Shown in pieces: positions 6,619-16,628 of a stretch of 28,957 nt of DNA. Within the stretch, counting starts at the first letter, position 1, and every line of letters begins with the position of its first letter. The DNA is from a virus (taxonomy: Duplodnaviria; Caudoviricetes): positions 1-28,957 of the IMG/VR virus record IMGVR_UViG_3300043543_000061; one strand, written 5' to 3'. The position numbers and the translations under genes were made by a program. Below the pieces are notes generated by a model. It ran no database searches and had not been told where the DNA came from. It was given only the letters and a program-made list of their open reading frames with translations.

Positions 6619-7912
6619 CAAACTGAATCAACGGTTTTGGCTTGCTGAACAAGATATACCAGCGATGGGCGGTCAGCCAGACCCAGCAGCGGGTGGCCCT
6701 CCTATTGGACAACCGGGTATACCCGGTGCGCCAATGGGTGCCCCAGACCCGAACTTAGCCCAGAACACACCTGCGAACAACATGACGGTCAAGGATCAGC
6801 CCGGCGAAGACTTTAGTAATGATCCGCAATACCCTGATATGCCAGCGGAGGATGAGCAGGACGATTTCATGGTATGGAAGATTAAATTCGTCAAAGAATC
6901 CATCAAGGGCGATCCTAACGTGTTGATTCAAAAAATTCTATCAGTACGTGACCGTGAGCTTGATCCAATCCAGCGTAAATTCGTTGAAGACAACCTTGAT
7001 ATCAATTTCCTCCGTCAAAACGCCAATATCCTTCAGGCTTCAAATGAAATCAGGAAGCTAATCAAGAAAGACTTTGACCGCACCAACCCGTCAACGACGC
7101 TCATTCGTCACGTCACGGAGACGTTGGACAAGTTCCCGCTACTTAACGAGGTTTATATTAAGTTGCTCGGACTCGGTGGGGCCAAGGGTGATCAGCACCG
7201 CAAATTTGTGGCCTCCCTACTTGGTGCCGTACAAGTCGGCAGCGGCGGTCAGAACGAGGACTTGGTGTTTGAGGAGCAAGATTACTCGATCCGCATCAGC
7301 ACTCGTTTCAACGCACGCTGGGGCGATGTCAACATTGGCCGTTGGTATTTGAAGGAAGACGATCCATACCGTTACCTTAAGGATGCTGAACTTGACCGTC
7401 TGGAGGGCGGAAGCCCCGAAGAGAAGGATGTACTCCGTAGGCGTATTGTGATCGAATCTATCGCCGAAGCTTATCGTGAGCGGGCTTTCATCATTAACGT
7501 GGTACAGAATGACGGCACCGTTCAGCACTTGGGTTGGGATTTTGGTAACTGTCTTAAGTCAGCATACCTCGATGGTAAGCTAGTTGTGAGAACACAGGAC
7601 AATGATAACAAGGAGTCCTTCATTGACGAAGAAGGTTCGATCCTGTCAATCCCGGCGATGAGTATTTACTATGTAAAAGAAGGCATGGGAGTCAATCAGA
7701 AGGGTAAGCCAGAGGTTGAAGAGATTGAGTTCATTCAGCACAGAGACGGCATTCTGTATCTGTCGGCTACTCTTGATCTGATCAAGGAAGCCGCCGTTTC
7801 ACTTCAAGGGATTGTGTTCAAAGAAACCCTGTGGCAAGGCAACCCTTCGGACATCCTGAAGATTATGCGTTGCGTACCGTCTTCGCCCGAGATGATTTTA
7901 AGGCAATGCTAA
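6611..7912 (+). CDS. Hypothetical phage protein with Pro/Gly-rich N-terminal linker, possibly a virion protein
   Basis: 433-aa ORF with RBS. WLAEQD followed by a low-complexity linker and a globular region. Confidence 0.75.
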   Translation: MSNKLNQRFWLAEQDIPAMGGQPDPAAGGPPIGQPGIPGAPMGAPDPNLAQNTPANNMTVKDQPGEDFSNDPQYPDMPAEDEQDDFMVWKIKFVKESIKGDPNVLIQKILSVRDRELDPIQRKFVEDNLDINFLRQNANILQASNEIRKLIKKDFDRTNPSTTLIRHVTETLDKFPLLNEVYIKLLGLGGAKGDQHRKFVASLLGAVQVGSGGQNEDLVFEEQDYSIRISTRFNARWGDVNIGRWYLKEDDPYRYLKDAELDRLEGGSPEEKDVLRRRIVIESIAEAYRERAFIINVVQNDGTVQHLGWDFGNCLKSAYLDGKLVVRTQDNDNKESFIDEEGSILSIPAMSIYYVKEGMGVNQKGKPEVEEIEFIQHRDGILYLSATLDLIKEAAVSLQGIVFKETLWQGNPSDILKIMRCVPSSPEMILRQC

Positions 7913-7921
7913 GGAGTTACC

Positions 7922-8122
7922 ATGAATTACGAAGAAGAATTCGATATGAGCATGACACGGCTCATGAAAGAAAATGTCGAGAAGGAAATCCATGCTCTTA
8001 ACAAACTTATGTTTCCGTTGCTGTTAGAGAGCAGTAAACCTAAAACAGACAATGATCTTAGGTACTACTGGCGCAAGTTAGAAGAAGCTAAGAGAAAACG
8101 TGGTTCATTGAACAATAGATAA
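7922..8122 (+). CDS. Small hypothetical protein
   Basis: 66 aa, strong RBS aaggag, fills the gap in the operon. Confidence 0.65.
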   Translation: MNYEEEFDMSMTRLMKENVEKEIHALNKLMFPLLLESSKPKTDNDLRYYWRKLEEAKRKRGSLNNR

Positions 8123-8143
8123 ACAGCGTTTTGGAGAGGGAAC

Positions 8144-8650
8144 ATGAGATACAGATCGTTTGGTGACTTCGTTGACAAAAAGAAGCGAGATACCATTAAG
8201 CAACTTACGTTGATCAAGCAAATGCTCGAACGCAGCGGCCTGAAGGCAGAAAACTTCACCGATACGGATGAGGAAGATCACGAGCCGTACATCTTTTGCT
8301 ATAACCCATCAAAAACGGGTAGTTTTGATGGTATTAGAATATATAAGGTGGGCGACGATCTAGCCTTCCGCATCCAAAAAGAATCAAAAACCCACCCCTA
8401 CGGTGCGGCGTATCCATTACCAATTGAGTCGATGTTCTACGACTTTCTCGCCGACCAAGGCGTTGACGAGAAGAAGGCTGGTCAAAAAATCATTGAGGCT
8501 GTTGGCAAAGAGATTAGAAAATTTTTTGACAAGAGCATGGAAGCTGAACGTGATGCACGTGAACTTAAGGCCGACAAGGAAAGCGCAGGCAACATGATTA
8601 TAAGAACTTCTGGAACAGATTACTCGGCTTTAGTTTACAACAAGGCATGA
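8144..8650 (+). CDS. Hypothetical phage protein
   Basis: 168-aa ORF with RBS ggagaggg. Confidence 0.75.
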   Translation: MRYRSFGDFVDKKKRDTIKQLTLIKQMLERSGLKAENFTDTDEEDHEPYIFCYNPSKTGSFDGIRIYKVGDDLAFRIQKESKTHPYGAAYPLPIESMFYDFLADQGVDEKKAGQKIIEAVGKEIRKFFDKSMEAERDARELKADKESAGNMIIRTSGTDYSALVYNKA

Positions 8651-8654
8651 TGAA

Positions 8655-9347
8655 ATGGCGGGACTATTCAAGGAATTTAACCCCTTACAAAAATTGGCGT
8701 CCAACCAATATGGTTTAACTGGCACTAACCAAATCACTAAGGGTTCGTTGATTTCCTTTCATTACCCAATAAGTTTTGCCATCATTCCCAACATTATCCA
8801 TGATCATTATCCAATGGTCATTTTGACCGATATTTGGCCAAATTACATCAGGGGATTGAACTTACACTATCTCACATTTCCTTATGTGAAGAAGATTCTT
8901 GAAATGTATGGAGGCAACACTGGCTTCAGCTACGCTAATATAAAACCAGACGCATACTTGGCAAATGCGTTCAGAATGTATGTTAGGGCTGGCGTTCAAA
9001 GGCCAAGGAAACTAGATACAGAATGGCTTAAGACGGTACTTCGTGAGGTACGGTCATTTGCTCCGGGTGAGATCGAAAAGATCAGGGCTAACATCCAGCA
9101 GCAAATCGCCAATCGTCTACAGGCTAAGGCTAAGGAACTTACAGCCTACGAACAGTGGCGTAAGCAACTTACCGAATCCCAAAAGAGACAGTTTAGGGGC
9201 AAGGTCAAGGAAATCTACAACGCTCTTAAGCGTGGTGTAGATGCGAACTTGATCTACCCGAATGAAGGACCAGAGGGAACACCATCCGCAAATGAACCAC
9301 CACAACAGGGTGATGGCGGACCGTTCAGCACTGATCCGAACCTGTAA
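8655..9347 (+). CDS. T4 gp2-like DNA end protector protein
   Basis: GSLISFHY...HDHYPMVIL...IRGLNLHYL matches the gp2 family D.FPL..GLNLHYL motif. Confidence 0.65.
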   Translation: MAGLFKEFNPLQKLASNQYGLTGTNQITKGSLISFHYPISFAIIPNIIHDHYPMVILTDIWPNYIRGLNLHYLTFPYVKKILEMYGGNTGFSYANIKPDAYLANAFRMYVRAGVQRPRKLDTEWLKTVLREVRSFAPGEIEKIRANIQQQIANRLQAKAKELTAYEQWRKQLTESQKRQFRGKVKEIYNALKRGVDANLIYPNEGPEGTPSANEPPQQGDGGPFSTDPNL

Positions 9348-9358
9348 TTGGAGTTGCA

Positions 9359-12300
9359 GTGGCAAGAGATTTATACGGACGAGAGGTTGGTAATCTAACA
9401 GTTAACGCTGCGTCGGTTATGCTTAACGGCAAGGTGCAGACTGTTGTAGAAACCAAGTCTCCGGGCCTAGAACAAGCAATCACACAACTGAGAGACGCCG
9501 TACTCGCCGTCGCCAACAAGAAGGGCGATGACGTTCGAGCCACTGCACGTAATGATGCCCGTTACGCCCAATCCGTCGTTCAGATGAACAACGAGATCAG
9601 ACAACCCAAGAAAGAAGATAAGTCAAACAGGAAAAGTCCAGAGATTACCTATCTCCAAAAGATCGCCAAAGCCACCAACAACCTTTGGAAAGCATCACAA
9701 TCCCAAAACACTATCTGGGTTGGCGTCTCTAAATTCTCGTCCGCTGCACAAAAAGATATCGCCCAAGCAATCGCAGATTGTTGTCGGAATGCTTCCAAAT
9801 CATTTCGAGTACAGGAAGACATGGCAAACACTTCGCAGAGAAGTGCCAGAAATTTGCAACGTGCCGTCAATAACCTCTCAAGGAGTGGCAGGGCTGGTGG
9901 TGGTGGTGGTGGTGGTGGTGGCGGTGGTGTAGACGCAGGTGGTTCCGGTGGTTCTGCTGGTGGTGGCGGCGGGAGAGGCCGAGGCAATTCATCACTCCTA
10001 AATAAAGCAGGTGTCGGGGCGTTCGTCGTTCTACAGAAGTTGGTAGGTGATTTCATCAAGTCAATGGACATCAATCCGTTTGAGAAACTCTTCGATGGTA
10101 TCTTCGATTATAGCCAAAAGCATCGCATGAACATGCGTGCCCTCATCCACATGATGCAGGGTTACAGTGCGGCCAATCGTGAAATTGAGGAATCTTATAG
10201 AACGATTGCATCTCACGCTGCTGCCGCTGGCGTGACGAATGAGCAATTCTCGGAAACATGGCAAAGAAACCTTGAACGTGGCTTAGTCATGCATAAACAA
10301 GACTTAGCCATCACCGAACAGCAAATTAGGATGCAAGGCAAGGAGCTTAGGGGCGATAAGGTCCAAACAGCCTTACTTGACACACGAGTTAACCGACTCA
10401 AATCAATCCAAACGAGTGCCGTGGCAACTGCTAGGGCGTTGAATATAAACGCCGATATGTTGAATGACATGTTCATGGATTGGCATTACCATTTAGGTCT
10501 ATCTGCTTCTGAAATGGCAGAAATGGGACGTGCCATGCAGGACATTTCGAGGACTACTGGTGTTACCGGTAAGCAACTTGAAAAAGCCATGCAGTCAACC
10601 GACGCTATCCAGAAGTCGTTGAAGAGTGCCGGTTTAGCCAGCGTTGAGACAGGTAGGAATGTCACTCAGTTCTTATCGGCTATGCAAAAGCATGGCGCCG
10701 GTGAAGAAGCCCAACAAATCATGCAGGCCATTAGCAGTCGCCAAAACTTCTTCAACGCTGACCCAAGAATTAAAGCCATGTTATCCAGAGCCGGTAAGTA
10801 TGTTGAGGTTGAACTAGGTATTTCCGGCTTCCAGCAACAATTACAGAACGGTTTGGTAGCAGGCAATAAGCAGGCAATGCGCTACCTGATGCAAGGTGAG
10901 CGGGCTGTGATGAAAGATTTTCTTAAACAATGGTGGCCAATACTCAAAGAGTTCGGCCTAAAAGACGATTTAACCAATTTTAGTCAAACCATTCAAGCCA
11001 TGCGTGCTCGGGCTATGGACCCGAATACCGACCGTGCCGAAAAGGACCGGTTGGCTCAGATAATTGGCAATATCAACACGTTGTCCCAACAGAATTTCAC
11101 CATAGACCCCGGTGGGTTTGAAAACCTGATGCGTGGTATGGAGGAAGCCACGCAAACTTCAAGTGAAAAAATCACTTTGATCACAAACAGGTTGCAAGAC
11201 TTGCAAAGACAGGGCCTTGGTGATTCCCCTGAAGCCAGAAGACAACAGCAGTTATTGCAAGAGGCACAGCAAGACCAAATGCTCAACGCATTTGGTACTG
11301 TGCAACGTGCCATACAACAATTTGGTGGCGATCAGGCTCGTTTGCAACAACACCTTATGAGCACGCTTGGTCCAGAAATGGGTGAAGAGGTCGCAAGACA
11401 ATTTACTACAGTCGAAGGTCGGCAGGGGCAGGCAGAGCAATTGATGCAGATCATGGCTCAGCGTGCGCAAGCTACCGGTAAGAATTTCAACGATCTGTTG
11501 CAAGAGCAAAAAGTTACAAGAGAACAGCTTATTCAAGGAATTGCTTCAGGCAACGAGAATTTCCTTAACCAAGTCAACACCCTGTCGCAGGAAATTGGTA
11601 CAGAAAACAGGGCAGCACAAGACCCTATAACAGCAATCCAACAAAATTTACTTAAGATTGCCAATAAGATCAGAGAAAAAATTGAACAGATAACTTTGTG
11701 GAATATTCCAAATAACTTCGCAAAATTGATCTTCTGGATAACTACAATTGCTGTCACCTTGACCTCTGCACTGGCATTGTTCAGGGGTGGTCAGATGTTC
11801 AAGGGTCTGATAGACGCTTGGAGCAGGATGAGGGGCGGTGGTGGAGATTCCGGTGGTGGAATCGGTGGACGTGGTGGAATACCTCCGACCGAACCTCTTC
11901 CGAGCGGTCGTGGCACAGTAATGCCTACTTCAACAACAACAGTCCCAGGTATTCCTGGCAGCCCTGCTGCTTCGCCAAAAAGTAATAGAACAATCGGCCA
12001 AGGCGGATTTGATATGGGTGGCCGTGGCTGGTCTGGTGCCGCAGGAGTCGAAGGCGGTTACACGACGGGTGCGAATCTCAAGGGCATGAGCCGTGCGGAT
12101 CGTATTGCCAACGCACAACGTTATCTTGAAGCAAGACGGCGTGTGGGTCAGTCTGGAACTGTTCGTGGCATGATGAAAAGCAATGCACCAAGGACAGGTT
12201 ACATAAGAATCGCCAATCAGACAGGGCGTGGCGCACGAGGCAGATTAGGTCGAGCTCTTAACTTCTTAAGCAGATATTCTGACATAATAGGAACAGCCGC

Positions 12301-15300
12301 TACGACTGCTGCTGGTGCTGGTGCTGGGTATTACCTTTCTGACGGTAATTTAATTGCTACAGCCATCGGCGGTACCGGAGGATTCATGGCTGGACGCTCC
12401 ATGTTTGGTAGAAGGGGCTGGCTCGAAGCTGGCGGTTTGCCAAACACAGCCTCGCAAGCTGCTAGAATGCTAGGCGGTAGTGGTGGATTAGAAGAAATGC
12501 CTGGATTCGGTGAGAAAGTCGTGCCAGTTTTCGTCACAAACATGGGTAGTGGTCTCGGTGGCGGCATGGGCATGATGGGAATGATGGGCATGGGTGCTAT
12601 GGGCTTAACTGCTGGCAGTGGCTGGCAGGATTATGCTTTGGGTGGCATTGATATCGCCAACCATATTGCCGACGCAAACAATATGTTACGTGGCGGTCGT
12701 GGTATAGCCAATATTGCAGATGATGCCGCTAGAGCCGGTGGCCGTACCGCAGCTAATCTTAGTAATGACGCAGCGAGACTTGCTGGTGGTGTCAGAGGTA
12801 CTGGCGCTACAGCGGCACGAGCAGCAGCAAACCTTAGTGATGACGCAGCGAGGGCGGTTAGCAGTGCAACACGTGCGGGCGGCATGTTGAGCAAAGTTCC
12901 CGGTAGACAAGCTTTAACCAGAGCCACACAAGCAGTCACCACGAGAGCCGGCAGCGCAATTGGTGCTGTAACCCAGACTACAACCCGTGTTCTGGGTTCT
13001 ATGGGTCAGGCTGGTCAAGCAATCAGCACGGCTGCCCGTGGCCTCGGCGTAGCAGCCAGAGGAATTGGAACAGTGGCCTCTAAGGCCGCTGGCCCTCTCT
13101 CCTTAGTAGTCGCTGGCGGCATCATGGGTGCTATGGAAGCCGAGCAATACGGTCGTAGCCTAGCGGAAGGTGCCATCTTTGGTGCCTTGACCGGTGGTGC
13201 TGGGACAGGTTCTATGTTTAGCGGAGCAGTTGGTATTGAACAGGGTTCTTCGGTTGACGAAGCCCTTGGCGTACTCAATGCTGCTGGTTACGGTGCCATA
13301 ACAGGTGCTGCCATTGGTTCGACTACTATTCCTATTCCTATTGTCGGCACAGCCGTTGGTGCTGGTGTAGGTGCCCTTGTAGGTGCTGGTGCTGAACTCG
13401 TTAAGATTTTCACTGATGAGAACTCAGCTTTAAGGCAAGAAGTTCTCGGTATCATCCAAGATGGTTGGGATAAAACAGGCGAAGCCTTCGAAAAAGCTGG
13501 CAAAACTAGCGCACGTGCTTTCAATCAATTGATAGAAGGTGATGTGCTCGAGGCTATTGGCTCGGCATTTACCAGTGGTGTTTACAGCATCGAAGGTGTC
13601 ATCGGCACCGTCTCGAACATCGCCAAGGACACCTTCAATTCAGCTGTTTCTGGTTTCACTGGTGGTTGGGATGCTACGTTGAAACAGTTTCAAGAGTCGG
13701 GTCAACGTTTTGACAACGCTTGGAATCAACTGTGGGAAGGAGACATTATAGGGGCTTTGGGCTCCACCGTACAAGGTGCGTGGAGCAGCGTGAAGGGTAT
13801 GTTCAGTGCGGCTGGCAGTGTGGCCAGCAAAATCTATGACGATGTTGCCGCATTGGGAACTTCAATTGTCGATATTGGCAAAGGCATTGGCAAAGACATT
13901 GGTAACGTAGCCAGCGGTATAGGCGATGTGATTTTGAGCGGATTCAGTGCTGTTGGTAGCTTGTTTGGATTCGCTGAAGGAACGCCACGTATTGCATCTG
14001 GAGGTTTAGCTTTCTTACACCCAGGCGAAATGGTCATTCCAGCCGATCTGTCCAAGACAGCGGCACCAGATGGTATGGGTGTTAGAGCAGTATTTGGCGC
14101 CTTGATGGAAGCAGCACAACCAGCGATCAATCTGATTGGAGGCGGTCTAACAGGTGCTTTGCAAACGGCTTACGCTGCAATTGAGAATTCAGGTGTAGCA
14201 GGTAGCGTTTCAGCCTTAGCCCTCGGTGCCTTCCAGAAGGGAGAGTCGAAGGATGCCTTGGACATCGCCAGTAATGCTGCAATGCAAATGGCCAATTTTA
14301 TGACTGGCGGCTTATTGACACCACTCACCGATTTATTTGGAAGTCTCTTTAAGAAAAAAGAGAAGCCAAGCTGGATTGATTCTATCGTTAGTGCCGTGAC
14401 TGGTGCTATAGAAAGTATGCCGAACAGCAATTTCATCACCAGCATCGGCGAAACTGTCTCGTCCGCAGTGTCGAGATTCTTCGGCGGTCAGAAATTGGGC
14501 GATGCAGTCAGCGAGGTGTTTGGCATTAAGTCGAAGGAAGACAAAGAAAACCTTGGCGAAGTGTCGGCATCACTGAAAGGTGCTTTCGAGAAGGGAGAAG
14601 CTAAGGAAGCCGTCAATCAGAGTCTCGTTGCTGAGATGAATAAGCAGATTGCTTTCCTTACAGAACAAGATATTGTAAGCAAACTCGCTGACATGCCAGA
14701 ACTAGTCAGTGAAGGCGTGGATCATAAGGTCGCTTCAAGGGACGAAGCACTATTTAGTGCGGTTGATGAGATGGTCGCCCAAATGCGGGGACTCAGTTCT
14801 GTTGAATATATGAATAACGTCCTCAGCAGCTTTAAGGAATTTAGTGGCGAAAGTAAAAGCTTGAAGGACATTGGCAACATCAGCAGCAGCTTGAAGGACG
14901 TGATGTCCGAGAACAGCAGTGTTAGTGAAAACGAAGTTAAGCTATCAGAGGAGTCACAAGTTCTTAGGGTACACGACGCAACAGTAACGGAATTACTTAA
15001 GACCGCTCTGAGCGTACAAGAGAAGACTGCCGAGAAGACAGCTGACGTAACGGCATCTCTACAGGGTGCTTTTCAGAAGGGCGAAGCCAAGGAAGCCACA
15101 GAAACTAGCGAGAACGTCTGGATGAAGTCAATCGGCTTCATGGGTAGTGTCCTAACCGATCCAATCGGCACACTGACCGAAGCGTTCGCCAGTCTTACCT
15201 CTAGCGGTGGAATCAGAGGTTTGATTGGAGATGCAGTTAGTTCTGTTGGTAGTGCTTATATGGGCATGGCTGACACCTTAACTGGCGGCATGGCTTCGAG

Positions 15301-16306
15301 CATTACAAGATTCTTCAGTAAAACGGCCAGTGAAGCCAGCAGCGTATTCGGCATAGTTGCGGAAAGCCTTGGTCTAGGTGGCGTCGGTTCAGTTCTACAG
15401 AACGCTTTCGAGAGCTACACATCATCGACCACAAGTATGTTGGGCAGGGTTGTTGGCGGCATGGGAATGGGCTTGTTTGAGAAGAATCAAGCCTCCGAAG
15501 CCATTGGCCTTGCACAACAGGTTACGGACAACACTTTCCTTACAACTATCGCAAATGCGATGGGTATGGGCGGTGTGTTGCAGGTCGCCAAGGAAGCGAT
15601 CATGGGTTTGTCGGCTAAGACCAAAGAAGGTGAAGCTTCGCAGCTTGGCGAAGGTCTGTTTGACATAACCAAAATTAGCGAAGCAGTTGATAGCTCTGTG
15701 ACAGATGTTGTCAACAAGACCGTAGATAGAACATTACAACGTCAACTCGAAAACTCATTTGAAACTTATAACGAGAGGGAGCGTGAAAGATTCCGTGGCA
15801 CGGTTGAAGCCACTAAAGCACTTTATTACGAGCAGGCCGCTTCAGACGCTGCACTTGCCGCACAAAACGGCATGACGCCGAGCGGCAACATGGGCGACAT
15901 GAAATTGGTCCCGATGGATTATCGAGACGAACTTCGTGGCGAAGTCGGCATACTTGGTCTTACGCCATCAAGTCTACAAACCTCGCTCGAACAGAGACGT
16001 GCTGGAGATCAGACAACTGCTACGGCAATCGCACCGGGCATGGACGGCGTGGAAGAGTACCTTACTAGGACTCAGGCTAAAAAGCTTGACATGCTCATTA
16101 GTTTGATGCAACAGGTGGTTGACAACACTGCTCAGCGTGTAAGGCCAAGTAGTGTTATTGGACCTGAGAGTGCTGGTGTGATGTCAGGTTCAAGACCGGG
16201 CGTTAAGAACATAGCACGTGACGTAACAAGAGGATTCTGGGATTTGGTATTTAGCGACACCACTCCGGGCTATGTCTTCAGTGACGGTCGTGGTGGTTCC
16301 GCTTAA
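9359..16306 (+). CDS. Tail tape measure protein
   Basis: 2315 aa, GTG start with RBS ggag. Ala/Gly/Gln-rich helical protein with TM segment LIFWITTIAVTLTSALALF and motif FAEGT..GGLAFLHPGEMVIP. Lies directly upstream of the baseplate genes. Confidence 0.8.
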   Translation: MARDLYGREVGNLTVNAASVMLNGKVQTVVETKSPGLEQAITQLRDAVLAVANKKGDDVRATARNDARYAQSVVQMNNEIRQPKKEDKSNRKSPEITYLQKIAKATNNLWKASQSQNTIWVGVSKFSSAAQKDIAQAIADCCRNASKSFRVQEDMANTSQRSARNLQRAVNNLSRSGRAGGGGGGGGGGGVDAGGSGGSAGGGGGRGRGNSSLLNKAGVGAFVVLQKLVGDFIKSMDINPFEKLFDGIFDYSQKHRMNMRALIHMMQGYSAANREIEESYRTIASHAAAAGVTNEQFSETWQRNLERGLVMHKQDLAITEQQIRMQGKELRGDKVQTALLDTRVNRLKSIQTSAVATARALNINADMLNDMFMDWHYHLGLSASEMAEMGRAMQDISRTTGVTGKQLEKAMQSTDAIQKSLKSAGLASVETGRNVTQFLSAMQKHGAGEEAQQIMQAISSRQNFFNADPRIKAMLSRAGKYVEVELGISGFQQQLQNGLVAGNKQAMRYLMQGERAVMKDFLKQWWPILKEFGLKDDLTNFSQTIQAMRARAMDPNTDRAEKDRLAQIIGNINTLSQQNFTIDPGGFENLMRGMEEATQTSSEKITLITNRLQDLQRQGLGDSPEARRQQQLLQEAQQDQMLNAFGTVQRAIQQFGGDQARLQQHLMSTLGPEMGEEVARQFTTVEGRQGQAEQLMQIMAQRAQATGKNFNDLLQEQKVTREQLIQGIASGNENFLNQVNTLSQEIGTENRAAQDPITAIQQNLLKIANKIREKIEQITLWNIPNNFAKLIFWITTIAVTLTSALALFRGGQMFKGLIDAWSRMRGGGGDSGGGIGGRGGIPPTEPLPSGRGTVMPTSTTTVPGIPGSPAASPKSNRTIGQGGFDMGGRGWSGAAGVEGGYTTGANLKGMSRADRIANAQRYLEARRRVGQSGTVRGMMKSNAPRTGYIRIANQTGRGARGRLGRALNFLSRYSDIIGTAATTAAGAGAGYYLSDGNLIATAIGGTGGFMAGRSMFGRRGWLEAGGLPNTASQAARMLGGSGGLEEMPGFGEKVVPVFVTNMGSGLGGGMGMMGMMGMGAMGLTAGSGWQDYALGGIDIANHIADANNMLRGGRGIANIADDAARAGGRTAANLSNDAARLAGGVRGTGATAARAAANLSDDAARAVSSATRAGGMLSKVPGRQALTRATQAVTTRAGSAIGAVTQTTTRVLGSMGQAGQAISTAARGLGVAARGIGTVASKAAGPLSLVVAGGIMGAMEAEQYGRSLAEGAIFGALTGGAGTGSMFSGAVGIEQGSSVDEALGVLNAAGYGAITGAAIGSTTIPIPIVGTAVGAGVGALVGAGAELVKIFTDENSALRQEVLGIIQDGWDKTGEAFEKAGKTSARAFNQLIEGDVLEAIGSAFTSGVYSIEGVIGTVSNIAKDTFNSAVSGFTGGWDATLKQFQESGQRFDNAWNQLWEGDIIGALGSTVQGAWSSVKGMFSAAGSVASKIYDDVAALGTSIVDIGKGIGKDIGNVASGIGDVILSGFSAVGSLFGFAEGTPRIASGGLAFLHPGEMVIPADLSKTAAPDGMGVRAVFGALMEAAQPAINLIGGGLTGALQTAYAAIENSGVAGSVSALALGAFQKGESKDALDIASNAAMQMANFMTGGLLTPLTDLFGSLFKKKEKPSWIDSIVSAVTGAIESMPNSNFITSIGETVSSAVSRFFGGQKLGDAVSEVFGIKSKEDKENLGEVSASLKGAFEKGEAKEAVNQSLVAEMNKQIAFLTEQDIVSKLADMPELVSEGVDHKVASRDEALFSAVDEMVAQMRGLSSVEYMNNVLSSFKEFSGESKSLKDIGNISSSLKDVMSENSSVSENEVKLSEESQVLRVHDATVTELLKTALSVQEKTAEKTADVTASLQGAFQKGEAKEATETSENVWMKSIGFMGSVLTDPIGTLTEAFASLTSSGGIRGLIGDAVSSVGSAYMGMADTLTGGMASSITRFFSKTASEASSVFGIVAESLGLGGVGSVLQNAFESYTSSTTSMLGRVVGGMGMGLFEKNQASEAIGLAQQVTDNTFLTTIANAMGMGGVLQVAKEAIMGLSAKTKEGEASQLGEGLFDITKISEAVDSSVTDVVNKTVDRTLQRQLENSFETYNERERERFRGTVEATKALYYEQAASDAALAAQNGMTPSGNMGDMKLVPMDYRDELRGEVGILGLTPSSLQTSLEQRRAGDQTTATAIAPGMDGVEEYLTRTQAKKLDMLISLMQQVVDNTAQRVRPSSVIGPESAGVMSGSRPGVKNIARDVTRGFWDLVFSDTTPGYVFSDGRGGSA
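9896..9928 (+). repeat. (GGT)8-GGC-(GGT)2 microsatellite encoding Gly11
   Basis: Read directly from the sequence. Confidence 0.95.
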
Positions 16307-16450
16307 GTCAACTACCTCGATCCTGAAGGGTCGGGGCTTGTCATTCCAAATTTCGTGTCTGGGCTAACTGATGGCTGGTGTTTCACATCAGCCGACACGG
16401 AGTTTGAAGACAAACTTAATGGACGACAATAGATAGGTAGACATCTATCC
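16291..16450 (-). ncRNA. Stand-alone TnpB omegaRNA (about 144-nt scaffold) plus guide TTAAGCGGAACCACCA
   Basis: Shares ctattgtcgtcc and ttggaatgacaa...tagttgac with the 3' end of tnpB copy 2. First-stem substitutions are compensatory. Confidence 0.7.
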
Positions 16451-16606
16451 AACTTTATTATAGCAATCAGTCCTCAAAATAATTTGAGGTGGTCCTATAG
16501 GGCGGCTTGCCCCTGCCCTAAAAGGCAAGCCCACTCTGGTTGCTCGCTACGCTCGCTTCTGTCGTGGGTTTGCATCTACGACGTAGGGGCTTTCGCCGCC
16601 ATCGTG
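16307..16606 (-). mobile_element. 300-bp non-autonomous IS200/IS605 derivative (left end, promoter, omegaRNA, right end)
   Basis: Target TCAC (16607-16610), left-end hairpins 16501-16606, and right end CAAG-ccccgacccttcaggatcgaggtagt-TGAC abutting the tape measure stop codon. No ORF. Confidence 0.85.
16457..16465 (-). promoter_or_regulatory. Extended -10 sigma70-type promoter (TGCTATAAT) upstream of the omegaRNA
   Basis: Perfect TGnTATAAT. Predicted +1 at about 16450 coincides with the first omegaRNA stem. Confidence 0.6.
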
Positions 16607-16628
16607 GTGAAGATATAGGAGGTTGAGA

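Noticed and set aside
9649-15717. Many antisense and alternate-frame ORFs within the tape measure and other long genes
   Set aside because: These are shadow ORFs from codon bias, with no recognisable motifs.
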